A stretch of DNA of 64,000 nucleotides from Ruminococcus sp. (GCA_015066745.1 SVNW01000009.1:844-64843), one strand, 5' to 3'; positions 27,841-38,721 are shown, counted from the stretch's first letter. The notes: generated by a model not told the origin, from the letters alone. Numbers and translations are program-made.

Positions 27841-29073
27841 CTATCTATAATTCTGAAAATTTTCACGAATTTGCTGAACCTGTCCTGATGCCATAACCGC
27901 AGAACTCACTTCATCTTCAAAAGTAGATGAATAACTGTACAGGGCTATACCGTCAACTTCCGGATCATCTGTGCAATCTGTCACCTGTCTTGAAGTTACA
28001 TCATCATTTATTATCCATTCATCTGCCCCTTTTCCTGCCCATTTGTCCTCTGTTCCGTTTTTGTATGTACACAAACCTATTATAAGAGCTGTATTACCGT
28101 CTGAGATACTTTTCCACCCGTCGAGTGTTTCTTCAAAAGGACATTCTGAATTTTCATATCCGTAATATATCTGAGGAACTATATAATCGCAATAACCACC
28201 CTCTGATAACCATTTTTCCACATCAGCGTATTGCTTTTCATAATCTGTTTCTATATTTCCCTGTGGACTTATTCCGAAAAGTATACCTTTATTTATTGAC
28301 TTGACAGTATTATACAGTGACCTTACCAAAACATTTATATTTTCCCGTCTCCAGTCAGCAATATTATCTTTTCCCGATTTTTTAAACTCATCAGCGTCAC
28401 TTACTTCCTGCGACGGATAAAAATAATCATCTATGTGTATCCCGTCAACATTATAGTTTCTAACTATTTCTTCTATTCCCCTGCACACAATATCAGCCGT
28501 ATCACTGTATGACGGATCAAGATAATATCTGCCTTCATACTCAAATATAAAGTTCTCCTGAGCAACACATACACGTTCTATTTCCGATTTTGGCTGTGAT
28601 GAGATCTCATCTTTTTTCATAAGACGCATCGGATTTATCCATGCATGAAAAGAAAGACCGCACGAATGTGCTTTATCTATCATGATCTGCAAAGGATCAA
28701 AGCTTTCATCGGTATAAAACTTCCCCTTACTGAAAATCTCTGATGGATAATATGCATCACCAAAAGCTCTGATCTGCACATATACAGTATTTATACCAAG
28801 TTCTGACGCATTTTCAAATCTCTCTGATATTATCTCTGAAAACTCCTCCTCGCTCTTCTGACTAAGTATATTTTCATAGTCCATATATGTAAACCACATT
28901 GCTTTCTGCTTATGAAAATTAAGAGGTCTGTAAAGTTCATTTCCGAATATGCCGTTCATTGATACTGCGTCAACACTCATCGGCTGTTTGCATGTACTTT
29001 CCTTTTCAGATCGGTTTACTGCCCATACCAAAGCAACTATCACAACACATAAACACACAACAAATTTTTTCAA
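27841..29073 (-). CDS. Secreted glycoside-hydrolase-like protein (GHL10/DUF187-like)
   Basis: 410 aa. Signal/anchor sequence. Motifs ...HAWINPMR... and ...DGIHIDDYFYP... recalled from the YngK/GHL10 family. Confidence 0.6.
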   Translation of the reverse strand: MKKFVVCLCVVIVALVWAVNRSEKESTCKQPMSVDAVSMNGIFGNELYRPLNFHKQKAMWFTYMDYENILSQKSEEEFSEIISERFENASELGINTVYVQIRAFGDAYYPSEIFSKGKFYTDESFDPLQIMIDKAHSCGLSFHAWINPMRLMKKDEISSQPKSEIERVCVAQENFIFEYEGRYYLDPSYSDTADIVCRGIEEIVRNYNVDGIHIDDYFYPSQEVSDADEFKKSGKDNIADWRRENINVLVRSLYNTVKSINKGILFGISPQGNIETDYEKQYADVEKWLSEGGYCDYIVPQIYYGYENSECPFEETLDGWKSISDGNTALIIGLCTYKNGTEDKWAGKGADEWIINDDVTSRQVTDCTDDPEVDGIALYSYSSTFEDEVSSAVMASGQVQQIRENFQNYR

Positions 29074-29126
29074 ATCTTATCATCTCCGTTTTTTTGTACA
29101 TCTTACATCAATATATATTTATCTGT

Positions 29127-29172
29127 AAAAAAAATTATGCCCTCTGTTTTTCACAAAGAGCATAATTTTTTT
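29127..29172. terminator. Bidirectional intrinsic terminator downstream of metK
   Basis: A8 - AATTATGCCCTCTG ... CAAAGAGCATAATT - T7. Confidence 0.6.
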
Positions 29173-29184
29173 ATTTAACTGATT

Positions 29185-30363
29185 TTATTTTACGGCTTCT
29201 TTAAGAGCATCAACCATATCTGTCTTTTCCCATGCAACGTTAAGATCTTCACGTCCCATATGTCCATAAGCAGCAAGCTTTCTGTACTGAGGTTTTCTAA
29301 GGTCAAGCTTTTCGATTATAGCTGCAGGTCTGAGATCAAATACCTTTGAAACTGCTTCTGATATCTTTTCTTCTGATACCTTTCCTGTTCCGAATGTATC
29401 AACAAGAACTGATACAGGTTTTGCGACACCTATCGCATATGCAAGCTGTACTTCACACTTATCTGCAAGTCCTGCTGCTACAACATTCTTTGCAACATAA
29501 CGTGCTGCGTATGCTGCTGAACGGTCAACCTTGGTCGGATCCTTTCCTGAGAATGCACCGCCGCCATGTCTTGAATATCCGCCATAAGTATCAACTATTA
29601 TCTTTCTTCCTGTAAGACCACTGTCACCCTGAGGACCGCCTATTACAAATCTGCCTGTCGGATTGATATAGTATTTTGTATTTTCATCAAGAAGTTCTGC
29701 AGGAATTACAGGCTTTATTACAAATTCCATAACATCTTTTCTTACATCTTCAAGTGAAACAGCAGCCGAGTGCTGTGTAGAAATTACAACTGCATCCACT
29801 CTTACAGGCTTGTCTCCGTCATATTCAACTGTAACCTGTGATTTTCCGTCAGGTCTGAGATATACCAGTGTACCGTTCTTTCTTACTTCTGTAAGACGCA
29901 TTGTAAGCTTGTGAGCAAGTGAGATAGGCATAGGCATAAGTTCTTTGGTTTCATTACAAGCGTAACCAAACATCATACCCTGGTCGCCTGCACCGATAGC
30001 ATCTGCGTTGTTAGCACTTCCGTCTTTTGATTCAAGTGCTTCATTTACGCCCATTGCTATATCGCCTGACTGCTCGTCTATTGATGTGATAACAGAACAT
30101 GTATTTCCGTCAAATCCGAATTTAGCTCTGTCATAACCGATATCATTTACAACATCACGTGCAATTTTCGGAATGTCAACATATGATTTTGTTGTGATTT
30201 CTCCCATGCAGAAAATCATACCTGTAGTAACAGTAGTTTCACAAGCAACTCTTGCTGTACTGTCCTTTTCAAGTATGGCATCAAGGATAGCGTCAGAGAT
30301 CTGATCGCATATTTTATCCGGATGTCCCTCTGTTACAGATTCGGAAGTAAAAAACTTTCTCAT
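29185..30363 (-). CDS. metK: S-adenosylmethionine synthase
   Basis: 392 aa. Motifs [24 protein letters not shown] and GGGAFSGKD. Confidence 0.95.
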   Translation of the reverse strand: MRKFFTSESVTEGHPDKICDQISDAILDAILEKDSTARVACETTVTTGMIFCMGEITTKSYVDIPKIARDVVNDIGYDRAKFGFDGNTCSVITSIDEQSGDIAMGVNEALESKDGSANNADAIGAGDQGMMFGYACNETKELMPMPISLAHKLTMRLTEVRKNGTLVYLRPDGKSQVTVEYDGDKPVRVDAVVISTQHSAAVSLEDVRKDVMEFVIKPVIPAELLDENTKYYINPTGRFVIGGPQGDSGLTGRKIIVDTYGGYSRHGGGAFSGKDPTKVDRSAAYAARYVAKNVVAAGLADKCEVQLAYAIGVAKPVSVLVDTFGTGKVSEEKISEAVSKVFDLRPAAIIEKLDLRKPQYRKLAAYGHMGREDLNVAWEKTDMVDALKEAVK

Positions 30364-30417
30364 TATAAATATCCTCCATATACATATATTTATTTGAAAA
30401 TTATCGCTAAGTCTTAT

Positions 30418-30600
30418 AAAAAAGAAAACGTCCGGAAATTTTTTTAAAATCTCCGAACGTATGAATTCATCACATGAATAAATTCCTCATCTTTCGGACT
30501 TTTTCCGCAGGATTTAGCACCTTCACCGGATATATGATCCGATCAGGTTGCCGGGCTTCAAAGGACCTGGTTCCTCCACCACTCTTGATAAGGCGATTCT
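30418..30600 (-). promoter_or_regulatory. SAM-I (S-box) riboswitch with its terminator, metK leader
   Basis: Minus strand reads CCTTATCAAGAGTGGTGGAGGAACCAGGTCCTTTGAAGCCCGGCAACCTGATCGG...GGTGAAGGTGCTAAATCCTGCGGAAAAAGTCCGAAAGATGAGGAA, matching the S-box core. It is followed by ACGTTCGGA...TCCGGACGT and a U-run (30418..30460). Confidence 0.9.
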
Positions 30601-30613
30601 ATTTTCATGTATT

Positions 30614-30643
30614 ATTTTATCATAGTAACTATAAGTTTGTCAA
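30614..30643 (-). promoter_or_regulatory. Sigma-A type promoter for the S-box/metK transcript
   Basis: Minus strand TTGACA-N18-TAAAAT just upstream of the riboswitch. Confidence 0.6.
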
Positions 30644-30658
30644 GGGATATTTTATTTT

Positions 30659-31789
30659 TTAATTTATGGAAAAACTCTGCTCATTCAAAACAGGTTCTGT
30701 CTGCTCCGGCGCTTCAGTAACACGATATTCATCAGGAACGCCAAGAGAATCTATATCTGTTTTTTCAGCAGAAACTTTTTCAATTTTCAGCAGTCCGTTC
30801 TGATTTTTCTTCATCGCTATTTCAATAACAGCAGCATTTTCCGAATGAACATATGTTCCGTCCCATTCTATTTCCTCAGGTGAAACATACAGTATCTTTA
30901 CTTCACATGCATATTCGATCATTCCGTTACTTCCCCGTGATACAGAAGGTACTACTCTGCTTGTGTACAAAAGTCTGGCACCACGAAAATCCATATTTTC
31001 AATCTGAAGTTTTCTGTAATCTGAATCATATGAAAGTTCTTTCATCACAGAAGCATCATTTTCAAACAGAGCCGAAACATATGATACGGCGTTGTCAATA
31101 ATCTCATTATACGTAGTATGCGTATTGCCAATATTAAGTATAGTTCCAAGATTGTTGATTTTCAGATCTAATTTCTGATCCTGTATCTTTTTGTTTAGCT
31201 CAAGGTAATACATTTTCATACCACCGTTACCTGTGATCCTTACTTTGTAAATATCATCGTTTTTTTCGAGCTGCATATAATTTTCAACTGAATTAATGGT
31301 TTGGTTTTCATATTTTTTGAAGCACTTGTCCCATTCTTCATCAATAAGAACTTCACCATCGGTATCAAGAATTATATATCCCGGTTCTTCATTGCCATTA
31401 TCTATTTCACCGACAAGATATTCACCGTTTTTATTAACTATAGAACTGTATATAAAAGGAACTACAGTATTTTCATTTATATCTATGATACCATATCTTA
31501 TTTTTTGATCATCGTATCTGGAAACTATAAATTTTTCAGCGCTTATACTATCGATATCACGCCATACTGCTTCTATCTTTATACGTCCCTGATTGTCCTT
31601 GACTCCATAAAAACCTTTTTCATTTTTAAAGCTGTATAAACCTTCATGAAGAATTTTTATAGTATTGGTTTCAGGTTCATCTTTCAGATGTGTTGTGTTT
31701 ACATTAAAATAATACCTGAATATCATAGACAAAAATACTATAAGCACAAGTACAAGTACCGCAGATACAATGCGTATATTACGACTCAA
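30659..31789 (-). CDS. Membrane-anchored hypothetical protein (possible WG/KWG-type repeats)
   Basis: 376 aa. N-terminal TM. Segments such as YGVKDNQGRIKIEAVWRDI and RYGIIDINENTVVPFIY resemble WG-containing repeats. Confidence 0.4.
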   Translation of the reverse strand: MSRNIRIVSAVLVLVLIVFLSMIFRYYFNVNTTHLKDEPETNTIKILHEGLYSFKNEKGFYGVKDNQGRIKIEAVWRDIDSISAEKFIVSRYDDQKIRYGIIDINENTVVPFIYSSIVNKNGEYLVGEIDNGNEEPGYIILDTDGEVLIDEEWDKCFKKYENQTINSVENYMQLEKNDDIYKVRITGNGGMKMYYLELNKKIQDQKLDLKINNLGTILNIGNTHTTYNEIIDNAVSYVSALFENDASVMKELSYDSDYRKLQIENMDFRGARLLYTSRVVPSVSRGSNGMIEYACEVKILYVSPEEIEWDGTYVHSENAAVIEIAMKKNQNGLLKIEKVSAEKTDIDSLGVPDEYRVTEAPEQTEPVLNEQSFSIN

Positions 31790-31792
31790 AAC

Positions 31793-32761
31793 TTACTGCT
31801 CCGGCAAATTTTTTCTTACATCTTCTTCAGTTTCCTGAACAAGATATACAGGACGGCGTTTACACTCCATATATGTCTTTGCGAGATACTGTCCAAGTAT
31901 TCCGATAGTAAAAAGCTGAATACCACCTATGAGAAGAATAAGGCATACTATTGTGGGATAACCCGGTTCTGCTATACCGACTGTAAGCTTTTGAACAATG
32001 ATAACTATTGCCATTATAAAAGCTATAAGACATGAGATCACACCGAGAAGAGAAGCAATTGCCAGAGGTGCAGTGGAAAAAGCAACTATACCCTCGATCG
32101 AGTATTTGAAGAGTCCCCAGAAAGACCACGCAGTTGTTCCTGCAGCACGTTCAACGTTTTTATACTCAATATACTTTACACGATATCCTACCCATGAAAA
32201 AATACCCTTTGAAAATCTGTTGTATTCTCTCATGGAAAGTATGGAATCAACCATCTGTCTTGTCATAAATCTGTAATCCTGTGCGCCGTCAACTATCTCA
32301 GTCTGTGAAATCTTATTCATTATAGAATAAAATTTTCTCGCAAACCAGCTTCTTATCTTTGATTCACCTTCACGACTAACACGTCTTGTAGTAGCACAAT
32401 CATATTCACCACTTGAAACATATTCATACATCTGTGGCAAAAACTCAGGCGGATGCTGAAGGTCTGCGTCCATTACAACCACATAATCCCCCTTGGCTGC
32501 TTCAAGACCTGCAAACATACCTGCTTCTTTTCCAAAATTTCTTGTAAATGATATATATCTTATACGCTCGTCCATAGCTGCGTATTTTCTTAACCCCTGT
32601 AATGTAGCATCTTTTGAACCGTCATTTATGAAAATAACCTCATATGTCAGTTCACTGTGCTTCTCCATCATTTGTCCCATAACTTCTGTTATCTTATCAT
32701 AAAACATTGGTAATACTTCCTGTTCATTATAACAAGGAACTACTATCGATAAAAGCTTCAT
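31793..32761 (-). CDS. GT2 polyprenol-phosphate glycosyltransferase (GtrB/CsbB-like)
   Basis: 322 aa. LSIVVPCYNEQE, DGSKD and DADLQHPP motifs, plus two C-terminal TM helices. Confidence 0.85.
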   Translation of the reverse strand: MKLLSIVVPCYNEQEVLPMFYDKITEVMGQMMEKHSELTYEVIFINDGSKDATLQGLRKYAAMDERIRYISFTRNFGKEAGMFAGLEAAKGDYVVVMDADLQHPPEFLPQMYEYVSSGEYDCATTRRVSREGESKIRSWFARKFYSIMNKISQTEIVDGAQDYRFMTRQMVDSILSMREYNRFSKGIFSWVGYRVKYIEYKNVERAAGTTAWSFWGLFKYSIEGIVAFSTAPLAIASLLGVISCLIAFIMAIVIIVQKLTVGIAEPGYPTIVCLILLIGGIQLFTIGILGQYLAKTYMECKRRPVYLVQETEEDVRKNLPEQ

Positions 32762-32951
32762 TATTTACTCCTCCTTAGAGCTATATAAACACCTATATCT
32801 ATCTTACTATAAATCGTGATTTTTTTCAAGATGAAATTTTTATTTTATCATTTTTTTAAAATAGTTTGCACAAACTAAAACATCCCCACAAAAGTCAAAG
32901 CTTTCATGGGGATACTGAGGAAACTATGGTTTGTAATAATATAAAAAAATA

Positions 32952-33803
32952 TCAGCACATAATATCTTTGATATTTGCGTTTGAAATAATCATTCCTGCA
33001 TTATTTTTTATCTGCTTATATTTTCCGAGCGGCAGGTGATATCTCATAATTCTTATAGCATCTGCATACTGAGGTGACGGAGCTATTGTTTCAGAAACAT
33101 TTGCTGTAATATCAGTTTTAAGAACGTCCATAGCAACTTCAAGCTTGGTTCTTGTGCTGTCCTGAGTTGTGATGTCGTTTTTTCCGCCGACAATTTTTGT
33201 GATATCATTTGAGCCTATGATCTGAACAACATTTCTTGAAAGCAATTCGAGTGCATCTTTTCTGGTAGCTCTGTTTATTATAGCGTCACAACTAAGCTGC
33301 ATAATAACACCGAGTGATGAGATTTTTTCGATCTGTTCCATTGTGTAAAATTCAAGATACTTTTCAATATGTGCAATAATCGGGCAAAGGTTTCTGGAAA
33401 TAATTATCTTCTGGAGAGTTTCGAGAACGATTTCACTGTACTCCTGATAAGGCAAGGCCAGCATTATGTAATTAGTATCACCAACGCATAATTTACTTAC
33501 ACCTTTTGTGTCGAGCAACGATGTAGTAAACAGGACCTCTGAACCGAGTATTACTCTTGGAAGAGAAAGACCTTTAATTTTTTCTGAAAGAAGCTTATAG
33601 GCTTCTTCACGTTTTGCAAGAAATGAAGGAACATTGTCATCAACAGAATTGAAATATGGCGTAGCAACAACAGTTTTAATTTTAGCTTTATGCAGAATTT
33701 TTAAAATTTCAACTGACTTTTCTACTTCCGCTTCTAAATCTTCAGCGTCCATTCTGGGCAGAACACCTGAGTGAAAATCAACGTAACCATTCATAAATTG
33801 CAC
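32952..33803 (-). CDS. CpsB/YwqE-like PHP-fold protein with degenerate metal-binding motifs
   Basis: 283 aa. The layout VDFHSGVLPRMD ... VVATPYFN ... PIIAHIEKY parallels DIHCHILPGIDDG ... ATPH ... AHPER of CpsB tyrosine phosphatases, but several His residues are replaced. Confidence 0.5.
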   Translation of the reverse strand: MQFMNGYVDFHSGVLPRMDAEDLEAEVEKSVEILKILHKAKIKTVVATPYFNSVDDNVPSFLAKREEAYKLLSEKIKGLSLPRVILGSEVLFTTSLLDTKGVSKLCVGDTNYIMLALPYQEYSEIVLETLQKIIISRNLCPIIAHIEKYLEFYTMEQIEKISSLGVIMQLSCDAIINRATRKDALELLSRNVVQIIGSNDITKIVGGKNDITTQDSTRTKLEVAMDVLKTDITANVSETIAPSPQYADAIRIMRYHLPLGKYKQIKNNAGMIISNANIKDIMC

Positions 33804-34130
33804 ACCTCCTTAATAATTTAGACGTTTTAGACCTTACAATTAACCCTTACATATACTTAATATTTTAATTTATTTTATCGATTTTGTCAAGTTCGTGTTA
33901 AAGTAAATATAAGTTATTTCCACCTTTTTATTGCTTATTTTCCCTTGAATTATATCAAAAAACACGTTTTTTTAGTACAAAAAACATAATATTCAGCAAA
34001 ATAAATTATGCATAAAAACAAATTTGCATAAATCAGGTTTATTAAACACTTTATTTTATTTTAAAGTAATTTTCATAAAAAACATCAAAAACAAGACAAA
34101 TTTCTGAAAACATGATTTATCATCATAACT

Positions 34131-34175
34131 AAAAAAAGCAGAAAATGTAAGACTATAAAAGCCTCATTTTCTGCT
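34131..34175 (-). terminator. Intrinsic terminator downstream of the LtaS-like gene
   Basis: AGCAGAAAATG ... CATTTTCTGCT followed by T7 on the minus strand. Confidence 0.6.
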
Positions 34176-34185
34176 TTAATTATTT

Positions 34186-35973
34186 TTATCCAGAAATATT
34201 TGAGCCTATGACTCTGTCATAAGTGAGAAGATCTATTTCTTCATCATTAGGAATAGCCGGATCATATGATGTTGAGTAAACAGGAAGCTGTTCCATTTTT
34301 TCGAGCATAGTCTGAACAAATGTATCTTTTGGAGCGCCTATAGTATCAAGTATGATATATGGAATATAGAATACTGAAAACTTTTCATCTGTGATATCTG
34401 AAAAATCTTCTCCGTAATTGCTCCACATGTAATATGACTGTTCAAAAACAACACTGCAGTTTGTACTGTCTATTCCAAGTTTCTCATAAACATTACTTTC
34501 ATCATTTATAAATGACGGAAAATGATCGCCTACAATAAATAACAATGTCGGCTCATCAAGCTTCTCAAGATTGTTTAGAAGATCGTTTAAAGCATCTGAA
34601 GTTATCTTTACATTTTCAAGATAATTATCAAGTTCATTATCATGTATGCCTGTATTGTATGGCTGATGATTCTGCATTGTTGTAGTATGAACATACAATG
34701 GCTCTTCGGAATCTTCTATGAGTTTTTCAAGCTGATCGAATACTGTCTTGTCACTTATATAAGTACCGCTGTATTCAACAGGAACAGTCATATTGTGATC
34801 AAATATGAGTTCCTTGAATCCGAATGTAGGATATACTCTTTCTCTGCTATAGAAAAAGCTTCCGAAAGGATGAACATATGCTGTATTGTATCCCATATCG
34901 TTATAATATCTTATAATAGACGGCTGATCTCTCTGAGCCAGCATTCTCTGTGGCATACTCGGATCTTTAAGAGACTTTACAGGAAGCCCGAAAAGAAGTT
35001 CAAACTCTGTTCTTACTGTATAACTTGCAAATGTAGGAACTACAAGCTTACCCTTATGACCTTCCTTAGCCATTCTGTCAAATGCATAATAAGGTTCATC
35101 AGCTACATCAAGCTCATCAAACACTCTGAAATCAGCAAGTGCTTCTGACATAACAACTATAACATTTGGCTTTTTAAAATCACTGTCTGCTTTTGTAACT
35201 TCCTGTGCAAGACAATCATCTATAACATCTTCTGTATAGTTTTCAGGTTCTCTTAACTTATTTGCAATATTTTCACTTGCAGTCTGAACAAAGAAAGCAA
35301 GAAAACTGTTATTTTCAAACTTTTCATTGAGTAAAAATGCGTTATCTGACTCTGTAGTATCAATATCGAAGAATGAATAAACCGGAGTTGAAAAACCCGG
35401 AATGAAAAACAGTGATAAAACAGCTCCTGTACACGCTGCAGCCGGAGCAATACGTCTTGACATACTGAGTTTGACCTGAGGATTAAACCAGAATACAGCT
35501 ATTATATACGCAAGAACTATAAGTGTGTATATCACCAGAATAGGAGTTATCTTTATATATGCAAAAGATGTAAGACTTTTAACACTCTTAAAAAGCTTCA
35601 TATCGGTCATAATTAGGTGATTTCCGTTAGTACCGAACTTGAAAAGCTCTGTTATACTGAGCGCAAAATAAACAAATCCCTGTACTGCAACCGCACGCCA
35701 TATCTTTTTGAACAAAAGACAAAGCACTGAAAATACTGCTGCCGAAACAATGATATTAAAAAACATTATTGACGGCTTATTTACAATAAACATTATAAGT
35801 TTGCTTGGATATTTTCCCTGGTTCAACTCTGCCATGAGTACAATGAATACAGGAAAAAGGAATGTAAGAAAAATATTTGTCATCTTATATTTTTCTGTGT
35901 TTTTTTCTCTTTTCTCATTGACTCTCCTGCAAAAACCGGTAAACTTTGAAAATTGTGATTTTAAAAAATTCAT
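34186..35973 (-). CDS. LTA synthase family protein (membrane sulfatase-fold phosphoglycerol transferase)
   Basis: Multi-TM N-terminus plus an extracellular sulfatase-like domain. I place the start at MNFLKSQ (ATG 35973) because an AAAGGTGGA RBS lies 9 nt upstream. The ORF-track start at 36063 has none. Confidence 0.75.
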   Translation of the reverse strand: MNFLKSQFSKFTGFCRRVNEKREKNTEKYKMTNIFLTFLFPVFIVLMAELNQGKYPSKLIMFIVNKPSIMFFNIIVSAAVFSVLCLLFKKIWRAVAVQGFVYFALSITELFKFGTNGNHLIMTDMKLFKSVKSLTSFAYIKITPILVIYTLIVLAYIIAVFWFNPQVKLSMSRRIAPAAACTGAVLSLFFIPGFSTPVYSFFDIDTTESDNAFLLNEKFENNSFLAFFVQTASENIANKLREPENYTEDVIDDCLAQEVTKADSDFKKPNVIVVMSEALADFRVFDELDVADEPYYAFDRMAKEGHKGKLVVPTFASYTVRTEFELLFGLPVKSLKDPSMPQRMLAQRDQPSIIRYYNDMGYNTAYVHPFGSFFYSRERVYPTFGFKELIFDHNMTVPVEYSGTYISDKTVFDQLEKLIEDSEEPLYVHTTTMQNHQPYNTGIHDNELDNYLENVKITSDALNDLLNNLEKLDEPTLLFIVGDHFPSFINDESNVYEKLGIDSTNCSVVFEQSYYMWSNYGEDFSDITDEKFSVFYIPYIILDTIGAPKDTFVQTMLEKMEQLPVYSTSYDPAIPNDEEIDLLTYDRVIGSNISG

Positions 35974-36130
35974 CGTTATCATTCCACCTTTGTTTACACC
36001 CATTACGTATTTTTGATTGTAATTTACATTATCTAATATATCACAATGTCTTAAAAATTTCAATAGAACTAATTTTTTTTGTTAATTCTTTTTTACAATG
36101 CATAACTTATAATATGCACATTTGTAGAGT

Positions 36131-36859
36131 TTATACAATCATTCCGCCATTTATGCCCAGAACCTGCCCTGTTATGTATGCAGCCTGTTCTGAAGCAAGA
36201 TAAAATACAGCCTGAGCTACTTCATAAGGACTTCCTGTTCTGCCGACAGGTATTTCTTCACATATAGCATTTACCTCTTCTTTAGTGTAACAAGCTGTCA
36301 TATCTGTTGAAATAAATCCCGGAGAAACACAATTAACAGTTATTCCGCTCGGTCCGACTTCTTTTGCAAGAGCTTTTGTAAATCCTATCACCGCTGCTTT
36401 TGAAGCTGAATAATGCACTTCACACGAAGCTCCCACCTGTCCCCACATAGATGACACATTTATTATCTTTCCGTATTTTCTGCGTAACATATGAGGAAGA
36501 ACAAGTTTGGTGCAATTGAACGTGCCAAATATATTTACATCAAAAAGTCTTCTTGCATCTTCATCGGAAATACTGTCAAATGTGCCTGTCACTGATATTC
36601 CTGCATTATTGACAAGTACATCTATTTTTCCGTATTCGGAAATGATACTGTCTATCATTTTCTCTGTCTGAGCTATATCAGACACATCAGCCTGTATCAG
36701 ATTTCCACCCGTTTTTGATGCTATCTGCTTAGCACGCTCATGATTTTTATTGTAATTTATAATAACATTATAACCATTATCCGCAAAAATTTCTGCTGTC
36801 GCCGCTCCTATACCTCTTGATGCTCCTGTAATAAGTACAGTTTTAACCAACCAAATCAC
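36131..36859 (-). CDS. SDR family oxidoreductase (FabG-like)
   Basis: 242 aa. TGASRGIG, NNAG and the YSASKAA catalytic YxxxK. Confidence 0.85.
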   Translation of the reverse strand: MIWLVKTVLITGASRGIGAATAEIFADNGYNVIINYNKNHERAKQIASKTGGNLIQADVSDIAQTEKMIDSIISEYGKIDVLVNNAGISVTGTFDSISDEDARRLFDVNIFGTFNCTKLVLPHMLRRKYGKIINVSSMWGQVGASCEVHYSASKAAVIGFTKALAKEVGPSGITVNCVSPGFISTDMTACYTKEEVNAICEEIPVGRTGSPYEVAQAVFYLASEQAAYITGQVLGINGGMIV

Positions 36860-36949
36860 TCCTTGAAAAAATACACTGTATATGATAAAATATATGTGGT
36901 TTTAATTTTTTTTATCTTTAATATTCTGAAAATGAAAGGAAAATCAAAT

Positions 36950-37156
36950 ATGTCTGATGAAAAAATCAAAAGAATAAATGAACTTGCCAAAAAATCAAAA
37001 ACTCCCGAAGGTCTTACAGACGCAGAAAAAGAAGAACAGCGTCAGTTACGTGACGAATACCGTAAAAGCATTGTATCAAACCTCAGTATGCAACTTGAAA
37101 ATTGCGTTATTGAAGATGCTGACGGAAACAGAAGAAAAGTTCAGAAAGTTAAATAA
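36950..37156 (+). CDS. DUF896/UPF0291 (YnzC-like) small protein
   Basis: 68 aa. MSDEKIKRINELAKKSKTPEGLTDAEKEEQRQLRDEYRKS... is a typical family signature. The ORF-track start is over-extended. Confidence 0.7.
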   Translation: MSDEKIKRINELAKKSKTPEGLTDAEKEEQRQLRDEYRKSIVSNLSMQLENCVIEDADGNRRKVQKVK

Positions 37157-37166
37157 CAACAACTTA

Positions 37167-37194
37167 CCTCTGCTAAAAAAGCAGAGGTTTTTTT
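37167..37194. terminator. Bidirectional terminator between the DUF896 gene and cdd
   Basis: CCTCTGC-taaaaaa-GCAGAGG followed by T7. Confidence 0.7.
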
Positions 37195-37597
37195 AAAACT
37201 CAGAAGAAAAAACATTTGGCATAAGTTCGCAGAACTTAAAAACTTTTATTTTTCCTTCTTTACACAGTATCACTTCAAAATCATCATCACAAAATTCACT
37301 CATGACCTGCAGACACGCACCACACGGAAAGCAAAAATCTTCGTCATATTTTTTAACGTCAGGTGCACCAACAACAGCGATTGCTTTAAATTTACGGTTT
37401 CCTTTTGAAACAGCCTTGAATATCGCTGTCCTCTCTGCACAGTTTGTAAGCGAATACGATAAATTTTCAATATTACATCCGGTAAAAACTTTACCGTCTT
37501 CACACAACAAAGCAGCACCTACCATAAACCCCGAATACTTTGCATATGCATTTTCTCTTGCTTTTACGGCTATATCAATAAGTTTTCGGTAATTCAT
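37193..37597 (-). CDS. cdd: Cytidine deaminase
   Basis: 134 aa. CAERTAIF and PCGACLQ zinc motifs. Confidence 0.9.
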   Translation of the reverse strand: MNYRKLIDIAVKARENAYAKYSGFMVGAALLCEDGKVFTGCNIENLSYSLTNCAERTAIFKAVSKGNRKFKAIAVVGAPDVKKYDEDFCFPCGACLQVMSEFCDDDFEVILCKEGKIKVFKFCELMPNVFSSEF

Positions 37598-37693
37598 TAA
37601 TAATCCCCCGTTTCAATCTTTTCTGACTTTATGTAAAGTCAAACTTTACCATTATCATAATAACTATAAAGTACATTGTAATTTTTTAAATCA

Positions 37694-38584
37694 TCAGCTT
37701 ATTATCGCTTCGACCTGTTCTTCTGGCATTTCAACTTTTTTTGCAATCTGCTGTATATTGTACCCTTGAATGAAAAGCTTGAAAATAGTTCTTGTCTTCT
37801 CTATGCCTTCTTCTCGCCCTTCTTCTCGCCCTTCTTCCCTTGTCTCTCTGAGCGTTCTCTCTTCATCATATTCAGTAATACACATACGTTTCACCTCTGC
37901 TTTATTATTTGTAAGAAATGACTTTATTACAGAATTTTCAGGTAAATTGTCAAGTGCTTTATCTACCGCATCTTCAAGATTATCTGAATTTTTCTGATAT
38001 ACACGTACCCTGTCTATAAAATATGCATATTCCTCCAGTGGTTTACAAGCATCCATCAATTCTTTATTATGCCCATAATTTACATTTATCATGGTAACTG
38101 TAACTTCAATGTCAGATTTTGAGCTGAAAGAATCACTTAACTTCAATATTGTTTTATCTTCTTTTTCACTTGTTCCGTTATAAAAACAAATACATTTTGG
38201 AGTTGGAGCTTTTTGTTGTTTGGAACTATATTTCCGATACTCCAGACTTGTTTCTATAAATCTGCTATACACCATACCTGCATAAACCAAAAATCTCATC
38301 GGCATATTTGGATTAAAAGATGACTGCTGTTCGTAAAAACTCATTGTATCTGAAATTAAAAAAGATACATCATTTTTCATATTCATATATACAGCATCTT
38401 CAAGCGTTGTAAGTTTTATATCATCCGGGTTTGTATATTTTGAACCATTTACAGCATTATATAAGCTTAATGTCCACTCTTTATTTTCAGGATTTCCAAA
38501 AATAAATTTGAACAATCTGTCTTTGTATTCACGATTCATTCCCATATAAGCTGTATCATCACTTTTAATTTTTTCATATGTCAT
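37694..38584 (-). CDS. Rpn family recombination-promoting nuclease / putative PD-(D/E)XK transposase
   Basis: 296 aa. N-terminal ...DRLFKFIFGNPENKEW... and a C-terminal charged repeat REEGREEGREEG typical of this family. Confidence 0.65.
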   Translation of the reverse strand: MTYEKIKSDDTAYMGMNREYKDRLFKFIFGNPENKEWTLSLYNAVNGSKYTNPDDIKLTTLEDAVYMNMKNDVSFLISDTMSFYEQQSSFNPNMPMRFLVYAGMVYSRFIETSLEYRKYSSKQQKAPTPKCICFYNGTSEKEDKTILKLSDSFSSKSDIEVTVTMINVNYGHNKELMDACKPLEEYAYFIDRVRVYQKNSDNLEDAVDKALDNLPENSVIKSFLTNNKAEVKRMCITEYDEERTLRETREEGREEGREEGIEKTRTIFKLFIQGYNIQQIAKKVEMPEEQVEAIIS

Positions 38585-38721
38585 AAAATCACACTCCTGA
38601 TAATAGTCATTTCTCCTTATTTTGATTTTAACACATTTATGTTATCTTTTCAATAAAAATCGTAAAAACAACTATATTATATGATTTTAATATACGGTTA
38701 CAAAATTATCGAACTTAATTA

